Below are positions 1-9,211 of a stretch of 32,000 bases of DNA, piece by piece. The notes below the pieces were generated by a model. It had not been told where the DNA came from. It worked only from the letters and a program-made list of their open reading frames with translations, and searched no databases. The translations under genes and the position numbers were made by a program. Origin of the DNA: Synechococcus elongatus PCC 6301 (GTDB taxonomy: Bacteria > Cyanobacteriota > Cyanobacteriia > Synechococcales > Synechococcaceae); assembly GCF_000010065.1 (NCBI RefSeq), contig NC_006576.1, positions 210,001 to 242,000 on the forward strand, in the 5' to 3' direction. Numbering within the stretch: the first letter of the stretch is position 1; each line of letters starts with the position of its first letter.

Positions 1-1240
1 ATACCAACTCGCCCATATCGCGCTCGCCATCGCGACCGACGTAATCGACGTTGACGTCAAGAACGTGCGCCCCTTCCTTGACTTGGCTGCGGGCGATCGC
101 AACCAGTCCATCCCAATCCTCTTCGTTCAACAGTTCCCGTACTTTTTTAGAACCACTAGCGTTGAGTCGCTCACCAATGATCAGGAAAGAGTTGTCTTGA
201 ATGTAGGGCGTAGTGCCGTAGATCGAAGCCGCCGAAGGAACGTAGTTAAACGGTTGCCGTTGTTGATGGTCACGATCGCGGCGAACTGGACGATCTTTCG
301 CTTGTAATTGCGTTGCAACTTCCGCCAATTGGGCGATGTGTTCTGGTTTTGTACCGCAGCAACCGCCAATCACTTGCACGCCTAAATCTTCGACAAAGCG
401 ATGCAGCGCCATCCGCAGCTCCATCGGTGTGAGGCGATAGTGCGCATGGCCGCCCACGTTCTCGGGAATGCCAGCGTTGGGAATGCAGCTGATCACGAAC
501 GGCGAATGTTCGCTCAGGTATTTGATGTGCTCCACCATGCGATCGGGGCCGGTGGCGCAGTTTAGCCCCAAGATATCGATCGGATAGGGTTCCAGAATCG
601 CCAGCATTGCGGCTACATCCGAGCCAACCAGCATGGTGCCGGTCGTTTCCATCGTCACCGAGACCATCAACGGTCGGCGATCGCCCTTTTCCGAAAAGAT
701 TTCTGCAATCCCGTTCAGTGCCGCTTTAATTTGCAGCACGTCTTGACAGGTTTCAACAATAAAGAGATCAACGCCGCCTTCCCATAGACCTCGCGCCTGC
801 TCAGCAAAAGAGGCTTTCATCTCGTCGTAGCCGATATGTCCCAAGGTCGGCAGCTTGGTCGTTGGCCCCATCGACCCAGCCACAAAGCGCGGTTTCTCTG
901 GCGTCGAAAATTCCGCCGCGATCGCCTTAGCGAGCTTGGCCGCTTCCACATTCAGGGCGTAGGCGTGATCTTCCAGTCCATATTCCGCCAGAACAATCGT
1001 AGTTGCCCCAAAGGTGTCAGTCTCGATGACATCTGCGCCCGCTTCCAGAAACTGGCGATGTACCGTCGCGATTGCCTCTGGTTTGGTGCGAATCAGCCAC
1101 TCATTACAGCCCTCGGTTTCCGGGCCCCCGAAATCCTCAGCGGTCAAATTCTGAAACTGCAACGTCGTTCCCATGCCGCCATCAAAAACCAGCACGGGCC
1201 GCTCAGGGCTATGCAGACGGTCGAGGAAGAGGCTTTGCAT
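1..1240 (-). CDS. metH: Cobalamin-dependent methionine synthase MetH, N-terminal ~413 codons; the gene continues past the left window edge
   Basis: My own translation of the minus strand from the ATG (cat at 1238-1240) gives [28 protein letters not shown]...ETDTFGAT...LGLNCATGP...VIGGCCGT, the homocysteine S-methyltransferase domain motifs. It continues with ...[20 protein letters not shown]...[11 protein letters not shown], the start of the pterin-binding domain. This frame has no stop down to base 1. The ORF is missing from the supplied track because it is open at the edge. Confidence 0.9.
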   Translation of the reverse strand, partial: MQSLFLDRLHSPERPVLVFDGGMGTTLQFQNLTAEDFGGPETEGCNEWLIRTKPEAIATVHRQFLEAGADVIETDTFGATTIVLAEYGLEDHAYALNVEAAKLAKAIAAEFSTPEKPRFVAGSMGPTTKLPTLGHIGYDEMKASFAEQARGLWEGGVDLFIVETCQDVLQIKAALNGIAEIFSEKGDRRPLMVSVTMETTGTMLVGSDVAAMLAILEPYPIDILGLNCATGPDRMVEHIKYLSEHSPFVISCIPNAGIPENVGGHAHYRLTPMELRMALHRFVEDLGVQVIGGCCGTKPEHIAQLAEVATQLQAKDRPVRRDRDHQQRQPFNYVPSAASIYGTTPYIQDNSFLIIGERLNASGSKKVRELLNEEDWDGLVAIARSQVKEGAHVLDVNVDYVGRDGERDMGELV

Positions 1241-1431
1241 GGTCAGAGTGCAATGGGAAGCAATCTTTTCCAGTGTACGGAGGATTGTCAGTCTTCCTGA
1301 GTTGGGGCAAGCGCCATGCACTGAATGGCTCTGCGATCGCCCCAGCAGCAGTGCCCGCGTTACACCTTGTGAAAAACTGGCAGCCCCGCGATCGCCACCG
1401 TCAGAATAGGTCGGCCTCCAGACTGACTGTC

Positions 1432-2595
1432 ATGGGTTCCCGCCGCAACAATCATCGACACCCTCGCAAGACCAAGCGCCAGAATTTTCGCCACCGCCTG
1501 ACCAGTACGGTCTACCAAGCCCCAGGAACCTTGCGACAGCCACTCGAGGCCAGTCCAACTCAACTGCGGCAGATTGAGTACAGCGCCAACCAGATCGTTA
1601 GCCGCCCGATCTCGGATCCCTTGGACTTGGTTTCTGCGCGGATGGGGGAAACGGGCACCACTTGGTTACAGATGCAAGGCTTCTCGGATTTGGAACAGTT
1701 GCGGAGTTTGGGGGAGGTGCTGGAGCTGAATCCACTCACTCTTGAGGACCTGATTGGTCATCCCCAGCGGCCCAAGCAGGAACGCTATCCCCATTACCTA
1801 GAGGTGATTTTTTATCGACCTGACCTGCAGCCTGGCGATCGCCTCCGCCTCGAACAGGTGGGGCTCGTTCTGGGCGATCGCTGGCTCCTCACGGTGGAAG
1901 CAGACGAAATTGGCCCCAATTTCTCTGGTTTGGAACAGCGGCTGGCCAATCGAACGGCTTACCCCAGACTGGAAGCGGATACTTTGGCCTACCTCGCGAT
2001 CGATTGGATTATCGACACCTACTTCCCGGTGCTTGAGGTCTTGGGTGAGGAACTGGAGCAACTAGAGGATGCAGTGGTAGCCCAACCAACTCAGGCGCTG
2101 CTGTCAGATATCTATGAGCTACGGCGCGAACTGATGGTGTTGCGGCGCGTCGTCTGGCCGTTGCGGGATGTGATCAATGCCTTGATTCGCGATCGCACAC
2201 CCCTGATTCGGGAGGAAGTGCGCATGGATCTGCGGGACTGTGCTGATCACGCCTACTTTTTGCTGGATACCCTAGAAACCTATCGGGATCTGGCTAACAA
2301 CTTGATGGAGGTCTATCTCTCGTCGATCAGCAACCGCCTCAACCAAGTCATGAAGCTGTTAGCCATCCTTTCGACCGTATTCATGCCCCTGACCTTGATC
2401 GCCGGAATCTACGGCATGAATTTCAATCCTGAGGCGTCTCGCTGGAATATGCCAGAACTAAACTGGCCCTACGGTTATCCGGCTGTGCTGCTGGCGATGG
2501 TGGCGATCGCGATCGTCTTACTGTGGTTGTTTTGGCAGCGCGGCTGGTTTGAAGACTGGAGCAGGCCCAGCTTCCGCTCTAGGCAAGACACCTGA
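1432..2595 (+). CDS. corA: CorA-family magnesium/cobalt transporter (387 aa)
   Basis: The C-terminus has the YGMNF (GMN) signature followed by two TM helices (LLAILSTVFMPLTLIAGIYGMNF ... YPAVLLAMVAIAIVLLWLF). I chose the in-frame ATG at 1432 (MGSRRNNHRH...) because it gives a typical CorA length. The track ORF start at 1072 would overlap the metH 5' end. Confidence 0.85.
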   Translation: MGSRRNNHRHPRKTKRQNFRHRLTSTVYQAPGTLRQPLEASPTQLRQIEYSANQIVSRPISDPLDLVSARMGETGTTWLQMQGFSDLEQLRSLGEVLELNPLTLEDLIGHPQRPKQERYPHYLEVIFYRPDLQPGDRLRLEQVGLVLGDRWLLTVEADEIGPNFSGLEQRLANRTAYPRLEADTLAYLAIDWIIDTYFPVLEVLGEELEQLEDAVVAQPTQALLSDIYELRRELMVLRRVVWPLRDVINALIRDRTPLIREEVRMDLRDCADHAYFLLDTLETYRDLANNLMEVYLSSISNRLNQVMKLLAILSTVFMPLTLIAGIYGMNFNPEASRWNMPELNWPYGYPAVLLAMVAIAIVLLWLFWQRGWFEDWSRPSFRSRQDT

Positions 2596-2597
2596 CC

Positions 2598-2837
2598 CTA
2601 CCAACGCCAGACCCGGAAAGAAGCCCCGTAACGGGCTAAATCACCAAACGTCAGCTCAACCTTGACCCCACCCAGTAGTTCTTCCAGGGTGGAATAGCGG
2701 GGCTCTTGATCTGCGGGCGGTGAATCGGCCTGAATTTCTAGCTTGGGCTGCTCAATGGGGAAACGCAGCTGATCAGCGGCATTGATCGGTTCGACAGGAG
2801 CTGTTGCAGCCTGGGCCAGCAAGATCATGGACCACAT
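2598..2837 (-). CDS. Small hypothetical secreted protein (79 aa from the ATG at 2837)
   Basis: This is the ORF 2598..2876, whose track start is a TTG. The internal ATG gives MWSMILLAQAATAP..., a short signal-peptide-like N-terminus. I recognise no family. It converges on the corA stop with a 2-nt gap. Confidence 0.4.
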   Translation of the reverse strand: MWSMILLAQAATAPVEPINAADQLRFPIEQPKLEIQADSPPADQEPRYSTLEELLGGVKVELTFGDLARYGASFRVWRW

Positions 2838-2962
2838 CAGACTGCCCTCACGCTGCTCATAGCTTAGGCAGTCCAAGAGCGATCGGCTAGCAGGAATTGA
2901 GGTTCTGTCTGCCTAATCCGTAGTGAGGGTTTCGGGAATCAATGCTGCCTGCGATCGCTCCT

Positions 2963-3562
2963 CTAAGTCAGATCGCGGCGACCCTCCAGCGCTCGAGCCA
3001 GCGTCACTTCATCGGCGTACTCCAAGTCACCCCCCATCGGTAAACCAAAGGCAATGCGCGTCACACGGGTGAAGGGTTTCAAAAGCTGCCCTACATAGAG
3101 CGTCGTTGTTTCGCCCTCAACGCTGGGGCTAATCGCCATAATCACCTCCTGCGTTTGCTCCTGAGCGACTCGCCGTACCAGCGCCTGCACCGTTAGCTGC
3201 TCAGGACCGATGCCATCCATGGGCGAAATCAACCCACCCAGCACGTGATAGAGCCCCTTATATTCGCGGGTTTTCTCAAGGGCGATCACGTCGCGCGGAT
3301 CAGCCACCACGCAGATGGTTTGGGCGTCGCGCTTGGGATCTCGGCAGATGTTGCAGAGGTCTTCCGAAGAGAGATGAAAACAGCGCTGACAGTGCCCCAC
3401 TTGTTGCTTGGCTGCTAGCAATGCTTCCGCAAAGGCTGCGATTTCAGCTTCGGGTCGTTGAATGAGGTGCAGTGCTAACCGTTGAGCCGTTTTGGGGCCA
3501 ACACCTGGCAGTTTCTGTAGGTGCTCAATCAGGCGGGCCAGCGGACGGGTATAAACAGACAC
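2963..3562 (-). CDS. recR: Recombination protein RecR
   Basis: The sequence contains [30 protein letters not shown] (helix-hairpin-helix) and [16 protein letters not shown] (a Cys4 zinc finger), followed by a Toprim-like region. The track start (3598) is a TTG. The GTG at 3560-3562 gives 199 aa, the usual RecR size. The exact start is uncertain. Confidence 0.85.
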   Translation of the reverse strand: MSVYTRPLARLIEHLQKLPGVGPKTAQRLALHLIQRPEAEIAAFAEALLAAKQQVGHCQRCFHLSSEDLCNICRDPKRDAQTICVVADPRDVIALEKTREYKGLYHVLGGLISPMDGIGPEQLTVQALVRRVAQEQTQEVIMAISPSVEGETTTLYVGQLLKPFTRVTRIAFGLPMGGDLEYADEVTLARALEGRRDLT

Positions 3563-3807
3563 AATCGCATTGACGCAATTTTTCGATCGTAAACCCAAGC
3601 CTGCTTAGCGCGACAGTAACCGGCTACTGTTCAACTCTCGATTCCCCAGTCACCACGATTTGGAAACGGGTCAAGCCGATCGAGGCCTGCGGTCGCTATC
3701 CCGAAAATTGAGATCACGCCAGCTACGCCAGCCTTGAGATTCAGTCGTGAAAATGCGCTGCAATCCTCGTCGAGGGGGCCCAGCAGCCAAGCCTTAGTTC
3801 CAGTTGC

Positions 3808-4143
3808 TCAGGGGGTAGCCACAACGCCACAGTGCTGACCAGCGAGGTAGTCACTGCGAATCCAGCCCTGATATTGGTCGTTGGCTCCCCGTGTGAATTC
3901 GACCAAGTACCAGAGTTCTTGGTTGACTTCCTGTTCTTGGAGAACCATGCCGGATCGCCCGTTGAGGATAGAGCCTTTGATATTGCGCCAGTCTTTGCGA
4001 TCGGGACTCGACCGCAGGAAAACGCGCGAACGATCGTAGTAGGTTGTCACCCGTGCGGGGTAGTTCACCAGTGGGGCACAGGCAGTTTTGGGCGGTTCTG
4101 GCACCGAGGCCAGCAGGGTTGAGAGGAGCAGAGTGGACAGCAT
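3808..4143 (-). CDS. Hypothetical secreted protein, possibly with a bacterial SH3-like fold
   Basis: It starts at an ATG with a hydrophobic N-terminus (MLSTLLLSTLLASVP). The C-terminal half (LWYLVEF...YQGWIRSDYL) resembles SH3b-type domains. That family call is from memory and is weak. Confidence 0.5.
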   Translation of the reverse strand: MLSTLLLSTLLASVPEPPKTACAPLVNYPARVTTYYDRSRVFLRSSPDRKDWRNIKGSILNGRSGMVLQEQEVNQELWYLVEFTRGANDQYQGWIRSDYLAGQHCGVVATP

Positions 4144-4170
4144 GGTGCGTTCGGTGACGAGATGACTTGA

Positions 4171-5538
4171 TCAGACAGAGGCGATCGCAGTCTGTGCAGA
4201 GGGATTGTGCCACTGCTGCACCTGGATCCGGAAGTCTTGGGAGGGGACAAACGTGATGCCGCGCCGTGCCGGTCGGACTGGACGTTGGCTGACCTCAGCG
4301 ATTTGGCACTGGCGGAGCAAAGTGGCTAGCACCATTTTCATTTCGATCAGCGATAGAGCCATACCAATACAACTGCGCTGACCGCCACCAAAAGGTAAAA
4401 ATTCGCCATTGGAAAATCGTCGTTCCAAAAAGCGATTGGGCTGAAATTGGTCTGGGTTGGGATAGGTTGCCGCTCGACGATGGGCCGTCAGGACGCAGGG
4501 CACCAAAATCGTGCCACTCGCAAAGTCATACCCACCCAAGGAAAGCGGCGAAGCCACCCGTCGTGGCTGGGCAATCAGGGCGATCGGTTGGAGGCGCAGG
4601 GCTTCGCGGCAAACGGCATCCAGGTAGGGAGCTTTCGCGATCGCGCGATCGTTGTCACCGATGGCGACCAGTTCGGATTGGAGCCGGTTTAAGCAGTCGG
4701 GATGGCGCAGCAACCAAAACACGGCCCAGGTCAAGGCAGAAGCCGTCGTTTCATGGCCTAGTAAGAGTAAGGTCATCAACTGATCCCGCAGTTCTTGATC
4801 GCTCAGCGGGTTGCCATCGCGATCGCGGGCCGCTAATAGCAGTTCCAGCACATCCTGACGGGGCTGCTGACTTTGGCGACCCTCTTGAATTTCTGCAGTA
4901 ATCAGGGCATCGATCGCTTCGCGTTGCCGACAGAAACGCCCCCAAGGGCTCCAGTTACCCCAGTCTTGTTGCAGAGCAGGCCAGAAGAATTGAAGGGAGT
5001 AGAGGGGATCGGTGATCGCTTCCAGTAATTGATCGAGGCGTTGGTAGAGATCGCGGTAGCGCGGTCCCGGCGTTAGGCCAAAAACCACTTGCAGAATCAC
5101 TGCCAGGGAAATCTGCGACATCTGCCGCCGTAAATCTAGGGGTTGACCTAGCGGCCACTGGGCGATCGCGGCTTGGGTAATCGCGGTCATAGCGGGTGTG
5201 TAGTCAAATAGCCGCTCACCCTGCAGGGCGGGCATTAGCAGTTGCCGCTGCTGACGATGGCGATCGCCGTTTTGCATAATCAGCGACTCGTTGCCGACCA
5301 AGGGCCGAAACACATCAGCAATCCGCCCTAGTTCCAGTTGGTCGGCCAGACTACTAAAAATCGCCAGAATCGCCTCGGGATCGCTGACAAAGACCACCGG
5401 CGGAGACTGAGGTCCCAACACCCGCAAGGTGAACCAGTCCCCGTAGCGATCGGCGCAGCTGAGCAGAAATGAAACTGGTTGAGTGATGATGCGCAGGGTT
5501 TGCAGTAGCGCCAGTTGCGACGGTCCAGGAGGCAGCAT
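4171..5538 (-). CDS. Cytochrome P450 (CYP110-like, 455 aa)
   Basis: It carries the heme-ligand motif FGGGQRSCIG, an ExxR motif (CREALRL), an I-helix LLLGHETT, and an N-terminal LPPGP. I chose the ATG at 5536-5538 (MLPPGPSQ...). The longer track ORF (to 5673) would overlap menA. Confidence 0.85.
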   Translation of the reverse strand: MLPPGPSQLALLQTLRIITQPVSFLLSCADRYGDWFTLRVLGPQSPPVVFVSDPEAILAIFSSLADQLELGRIADVFRPLVGNESLIMQNGDRHRQQRQLLMPALQGERLFDYTPAMTAITQAAIAQWPLGQPLDLRRQMSQISLAVILQVVFGLTPGPRYRDLYQRLDQLLEAITDPLYSLQFFWPALQQDWGNWSPWGRFCRQREAIDALITAEIQEGRQSQQPRQDVLELLLAARDRDGNPLSDQELRDQLMTLLLLGHETTASALTWAVFWLLRHPDCLNRLQSELVAIGDNDRAIAKAPYLDAVCREALRLQPIALIAQPRRVASPLSLGGYDFASGTILVPCVLTAHRRAATYPNPDQFQPNRFLERRFSNGEFLPFGGGQRSCIGMALSLIEMKMVLATLLRQCQIAEVSQRPVRPARRGITFVPSQDFRIQVQQWHNPSAQTAIASV

Positions 5539-5596
5539 GATTGCTAGGCAGGGGTCAGCGCTAATCCTAAAATGAGTCTGGCCTTGCGCGATTGCC

Positions 5597-6508
5597 ATGC
5601 AGACTGCTCCGCCCCGCCCCAACAAGCTTTGGCTCGCAGCCCTGAAACCCCCCATGTACAGCGTGGCCATCATGCCTATCGTGCTGGGCAGCGCTGTCGC
5701 CTACTGGGAAACCAGCCAAATTAACTGGGCAACAGCAGTGCGTTTTGGCCTGGCAGCGGTGTTAATCCTGCTCTGGGAGAACCTCTGCAACGACGTGTTC
5801 GATGCGTCCACCGGCATCGATCGCCAGAAGCATCACTCGCTCGTCAACCTCACGGGTCACCGTTGGCTGCTGTTTTGGCTGGCCCAAGCCAGCTTGATCC
5901 TAGGGTTGGCCCTGATTGCCGCGATCGCCCAAACCCAAGGTTGGTTGATTCTGGGGATCATCCTCGTCTGCTGCCTCCTGGGCTACCTCTATCAAGGCCC
6001 GCCCTTTCGCCTTGGCTATCGAGGTCTGGGGGAATTTCTCTGTTTTCCGGCGTTTGGGCCCTTGGCAGTCTCTGCTGTTTACTTCAGCCAAACCGGGAGC
6101 TTTTCGAGCACGGCTTTGTGGGCTTCGATCAGCTTGGGAATCAGCACCAGCTTAGTGCTCTTTTGCTCCCACTTTCATCAAGTTGATGACGACCTCGCCG
6201 CAGGTAAAAAATCACCGATTGTTCGACTCGGCACAAGACGGGCAGCCCAGCTTTTGCCTTGGGCTTGTGGACTGACATTAGCCACGATCGCAATCCCAAT
6301 TCTGTTCCAAGTTTTTCCTTGGGCCACCGCGATCGCCTTGATTAGCATTTTCCCTGCGCGATCGCTCTGCCGCTTTGTGCGAACCTCGCATTCACAACCA
6401 GCAGTGGTCAGCCGGTCGAAGTTCCTCGCAATCCATTTTCAGTTTTGGAGTGGGTTGCTCTTTAGCTTGGGTTTTGTACTAGCCGACCAACTCTCATCGA
6501 GTCTTTAA
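5597..6508 (+). CDS. menA: UbiA-family prenyltransferase, most likely 1,4-dihydroxy-2-naphthoate phytyltransferase (phylloquinone pathway)
   Basis: The N-terminus KLWLAALKPPMYSVAIMPIVLGSAVAY and the NDVFDASTGID (NDxxD) motif are present, together with multiple TM helices over 303 aa. The pattern matches cyanobacterial MenA as I remember it. Confidence 0.75.
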   Translation: MQTAPPRPNKLWLAALKPPMYSVAIMPIVLGSAVAYWETSQINWATAVRFGLAAVLILLWENLCNDVFDASTGIDRQKHHSLVNLTGHRWLLFWLAQASLILGLALIAAIAQTQGWLILGIILVCCLLGYLYQGPPFRLGYRGLGEFLCFPAFGPLAVSAVYFSQTGSFSSTALWASISLGISTSLVLFCSHFHQVDDDLAAGKKSPIVRLGTRRAAQLLPWACGLTLATIAIPILFQVFPWATAIALISIFPARSLCRFVRTSHSQPAVVSRSKFLAIHFQFWSGLLFSLGFVLADQLSSSL

Positions 6509-6739
6509 CTGCCTAAATCAGACGCAAGCTACCGCGAGCCGCCGACAGGTTGACTGCTGATTGAGCTTGTCTTGGCAATGGGCTGGAGCGATCGAGCTTC
6601 TCAACGGAGGAGGAGTCATTGACAGGCCCAATGGCATTACAGATTACGAGTGCCAGCTAGCAAAAATGCGCTTACTCTGGCTGTGGGTGTTGAGTTTCGA
6701 CTCCCAGGTATCACATTAGTGCCACAGAGTACTAGCTCC

Positions 6740-7438
6740 ATGAGTTTTCCGTCCCAGGCTGCCTTTGCGACAACCCTGTTTGCAATGCTCAATCCCTTGG
6801 GGATGCTGCCTGTTTTTATTAGCTACACCGAGAGTGAGCGCCGACAAGTACAACGCTGGGCTGCGCTCTTTATCTCTCTGACAGTCTTTGCCCTTCTCAT
6901 CTTATTCCTGCTAACAGGATCCACGCTACTAAGATTCTTTGGGATCAGCCTTTCATCATTCCGAATTGCCGGAGGTATTTTGTTGCTATTGCTCGGCATT
7001 AATCTCACAATTGACAACACTGCTAAACAGACACGGGCCATCGTCAAGCATGAACAGGAAAGCAGTCTGCGGGCGGCAGAGTCCGTCTATAAAAAGATTG
7101 TGATTCCCTTGGCCGTACCCCTTTTGGTTGGTCCAGGAGCGATCGCTAATGTCATTCTCCACGGCACTCTGGCTGAAACCGAGCAACAGTATGGGCTATT
7201 GGCTGAGTTTGCGTTAATCATTGCCCTGATATCTCTGCTCACGTTTATCATTTTTCAGTCGGGGCGCTGGTTTCAAAAGGTGATCGGGGATGTTGGACTC
7301 TCGATTCTGACCCGTATTCTGGGCCTACTCGTAGCAGCGATCGGAATTCAATTTCTAGTCGCTGGGGTGGCAGATGTTGCTGCTACTGTCGTTACGCCCG
7401 CTGTGCTCCAACAGCTGCAGCGATCGCCCATGCCTTAG
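6740..7438 (+). CDS. MarC-family (UPF0056) integral membrane protein
   Basis: From the ATG at 6740 the protein reads MSFPSQAAFATTLFAMLNPLGMLPVFISYT, the NP.G..P.F signature of the MarC family, and has about 6 TM segments. The track start at 6650 is a GTG in a non-hydrophobic leader. Confidence 0.75.
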   Translation: MSFPSQAAFATTLFAMLNPLGMLPVFISYTESERRQVQRWAALFISLTVFALLILFLLTGSTLLRFFGISLSSFRIAGGILLLLLGINLTIDNTAKQTRAIVKHEQESSLRAAESVYKKIVIPLAVPLLVGPGAIANVILHGTLAETEQQYGLLAEFALIIALISLLTFIIFQSGRWFQKVIGDVGLSILTRILGLLVAAIGIQFLVAGVADVAATVVTPAVLQQLQRSPMP

Positions 7439-7503
7439 ACAGGCAACCGGCGATTAGGGCCTCTTACGACCTATTTTCAGTTTTTAGAGTGCATTGCCCC
7501 CTA

Positions 7504-7522
7504 AGAGGGTCTTAGAGGGTCT
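7504..7522. repeat. Tandem direct repeat AGAGGGTCT-t-AGAGGGTCT
   Basis: Read directly from the sequence at 7504-7512 and 7514-7522, next to the stop of the 44-aa ORF. Confidence 0.9.
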
Positions 7523-7523
7523 G

Positions 7524-7658
7524 TTATTGATAATTGACCGCCAGAAAAATAACATCGCCCTGCTCAGGGCCACGGGTCGTAAAACCAGCGATACCGTGCT
7601 CCAAGCAAAGGCGATAGTTGCTCAGGGACTTACCGCAATGAAGAATGCGATAAGCCAT
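7524..7658 (-). CDS. 44-aa ORF below the track cutoff, possibly the N-terminal remnant of a PUA/EVE-like protein
   Basis: My translation is MAYRILHCGKSLSNYRLCLEHGIAGFTTRGPEQGDVIFLAVNYQ*. An AGGA lies 9 nt upstream of the ATG. The ORF sits 38 nt downstream of the preceding minus-strand gene. A tandem 9-10 bp repeat follows the stop immediately. Confidence 0.25.
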   Translation of the reverse strand: MAYRILHCGKSLSNYRLCLEHGIAGFTTRGPEQGDVIFLAVNYQ

Positions 7659-7696
7659 TGGCTTAAATCCTGAGGATGGGGATTGGCGATCGATCG

Positions 7697-8113
7697 CTAG
7701 TATTTGCGGGGATTAAAAATCTGCGCGATTCTCTCACCGATCGCCGTCAGAGGATTGGGAATCTTCAGCTTCGGCTCTTCGTAGGCCTTGATCGGCTCGT
7801 CTTTGAATTCCTTCAACCGATAGCCAAATTCCAACACCTCTTGCTTGCGCAGCGGCGGGAAAAGACGACCTGCTGCCTCTTGGAGTTGCGCTTGGTTATC
7901 ACGAATGGCGTAGTTGACTAGGTCAACCCGTTTGACGGCAATCACACCGACAGGAAACCATTGCTCTTTGCCAGGAATTCGCACATAGATCTCGAAGTCC
8001 GGAGTTCCCTCACGGGTCATGCGATCGTAGGTTTGCGCCGCTTCGGCTCGCTTGCGGGCTGCCTTAGAAGGCTGCTTTTTTTGGGGTTGTTCCGGCGCAA
8101 ATCCTTTGGCCAC
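7697..8113 (-). CDS. Conserved hypothetical protein, possibly related to plant HHL1 (unverified)
   Basis: This is the ORF 7697..8131, whose track start is a TTG. The GTG at 8111-8113 gives (M)AKGFAPEQPQKKQ.... The core PDFEIYVRIPGKEQWFPVGVIAV...NYAIRDNQAQL...RLFPPL resembles a cyanobacteria/plastid-conserved family. That assignment is from memory only. Confidence 0.5.
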   Translation of the reverse strand: MAKGFAPEQPQKKQPSKAARKRAEAAQTYDRMTREGTPDFEIYVRIPGKEQWFPVGVIAVKRVDLVNYAIRDNQAQLQEAAGRLFPPLRKQEVLEFGYRLKEFKDEPIKAYEEPKLKIPNPLTAIGERIAQIFNPRKY

Positions 8114-8159
8114 GCATCGATCCTGTCGCAACTGGCACTGATCCTATCGCGTTGCTTCC

Positions 8160-8360
8160 CTAGCCTGGAAGCAGACAGGCCTCAACATGGCAAATGTGAC
8201 TGAGGGTGACGGGAAAGACAGGGTTGCTTTTTGGACGGAGGGGCCACTGACGCACCCAACAAATGCCGCCTTCCTCCTGCACACTGATGACTTGGTAGAG
8301 ATGTGCCGCTGAATCTTGCAGTCGGACACAATCACCTTGATGGACGGGTTTGTTCTTCAT
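8160..8360 (-). CDS. Small hypothetical protein (66 aa from the ATG at 8360)
   Basis: The track ORF 8160..8447 begins at a TTG. The first ATG gives MKNKPVHQGDCVRLQD...ICWVRQWPL.... I recognise no family. Confidence 0.35.
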   Translation of the reverse strand: MKNKPVHQGDCVRLQDSAAHLYQVISVQEEGGICWVRQWPLRPKSNPVFPVTLSHICHVEACLLPG

Positions 8361-8642
8361 AGGGGACCGTGCGTGATCCTGCCACTGTTTTAGGTTAGAA
8401 AGCTGGTCTTGGTTGGCATACAGGATACGAAATCTCAGGATTTTCAAGGACTCCTGACAGAACTCACATCGCCAAGTTCCGCACCCACCGTACCGCAGCT
8501 GTCGAGTCTGGCGTCAGATTGTGCCAAGGCTGCTGAGCCAATCTCGAGAGCGATCGCGTTAGCAGGCAATCCTGGATTGGAGGGTCATACCTCTACCGCA
8601 AGACCTAGCGATCGCTGAAGTCCTGGCTAGGGGCGATCGCAG

Positions 8643-9128
8643 TTAACGACAGATGGTTTGCAGACCGTTTTCCACCACTTCGGGATAGTTCTCCAGCCAG
8701 CGGGCTTCCAGCTCGAGCAGTTGATCTTCGGGGGCATATTGACTACGGACAATACGCAGATCCGATCGCCGAGTTTCTCGCAGCATTTTGGGAACTAAGT
8801 CTGGCCGAAGGCGAGCAATCGGACGACTGCGGCGTGTCCCAACTCGACCTTGATTTGCAAGGCAATTCTGAACAACGTGCCAGCTTTCATGTACCAAGGT
8901 GCGAAACACCTCGTCATCACTGTCGTGGGCTTCGGGGCAGATGCGAATTTCACGACGGCGATCGCTAAAACTGCCCAACAATCCAGGTTCACAGGCCTGA
9001 GTGACCCGTACGCCGACTCGACGCAGTTCAGCCAAGAGACTTCGGGCGTTATTGAACTGACCCCAAGCGGGTGCCTCTAACAGCATCACAAGAAGGATAG
9101 GAAGGGGAAGCCAGCGCGACGACACCAT
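8643..9128 (-). CDS. Hypothetical secreted protein with an HExxH motif
   Basis: It starts at an ATG with a signal peptide MVSSRWLPLPILLVMLLEAPAWG. It has a single HESWH motif and four Cys residues. No family is recognised. Confidence 0.55.
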   Translation of the reverse strand: MVSSRWLPLPILLVMLLEAPAWGQFNNARSLLAELRRVGVRVTQACEPGLLGSFSDRRREIRICPEAHDSDDEVFRTLVHESWHVVQNCLANQGRVGTRRSRPIARLRPDLVPKMLRETRRSDLRIVRSQYAPEDQLLELEARWLENYPEVVENGLQTICR

Positions 9129-9211
9129 GAGAGCCCTGCCCGGGGTAATCAGAAAATTGCAATCAGCCCTACCACAGCAAGACGTGATCGCTTCCCACTA
9201 GGTTTCCCGAA

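Noticed and set aside
1359-1376. An HLR1 (RpaB)-like direct repeat, GTTACACC-tt-GTGAAAAA, upstream of corA
   Set aside because: The first half has a perfect GTTACA core. The second half matches only 4 of 6 core positions. That is too weak to call without a position weight matrix scan or ChIP data.
65-1409. Track ORFs 65-307(+), 181-369(-), 836-1300(+) and 1173-1409(+)
   Set aside because: They are antisense to, or out of frame with, the clearly coding minus-strand metH frame. Their translations are Arg/Pro/Ser-rich and have no motifs. They are open-frame artefacts typical of GC-rich DNA.
1072-1431. The N-terminal 120-aa extension of the CorA ORF
   Set aside because: It overlaps the metH 5' end and the divergent intergenic region, and its composition is nonsense-like. 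The ATG at 1432 gives a standard 387-aa CorA.
1241-1431. A possible cobalamin or SAH riboswitch in the metH leader
   Set aside because: I read both strands and could not find a B12 box or any other recognisable riboswitch core. B12 riboswitches typically control metE or uptake genes, not metH.
5539-5673. The 45-aa N-terminal extension of the P450 ORF
   Set aside because: It would overlap the menA coding start on the other strand. P450s of this type begin near the LPPGP motif, which follows the internal ATG directly.
6694-6705. A tRNA T-loop-like string (GTTTCGACTCC) in the menA/marC spacer
   Set aside because: The flanking bases do not form a T-stem, and no acceptor or anticodon arms can be drawn. 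It is not a tRNA.
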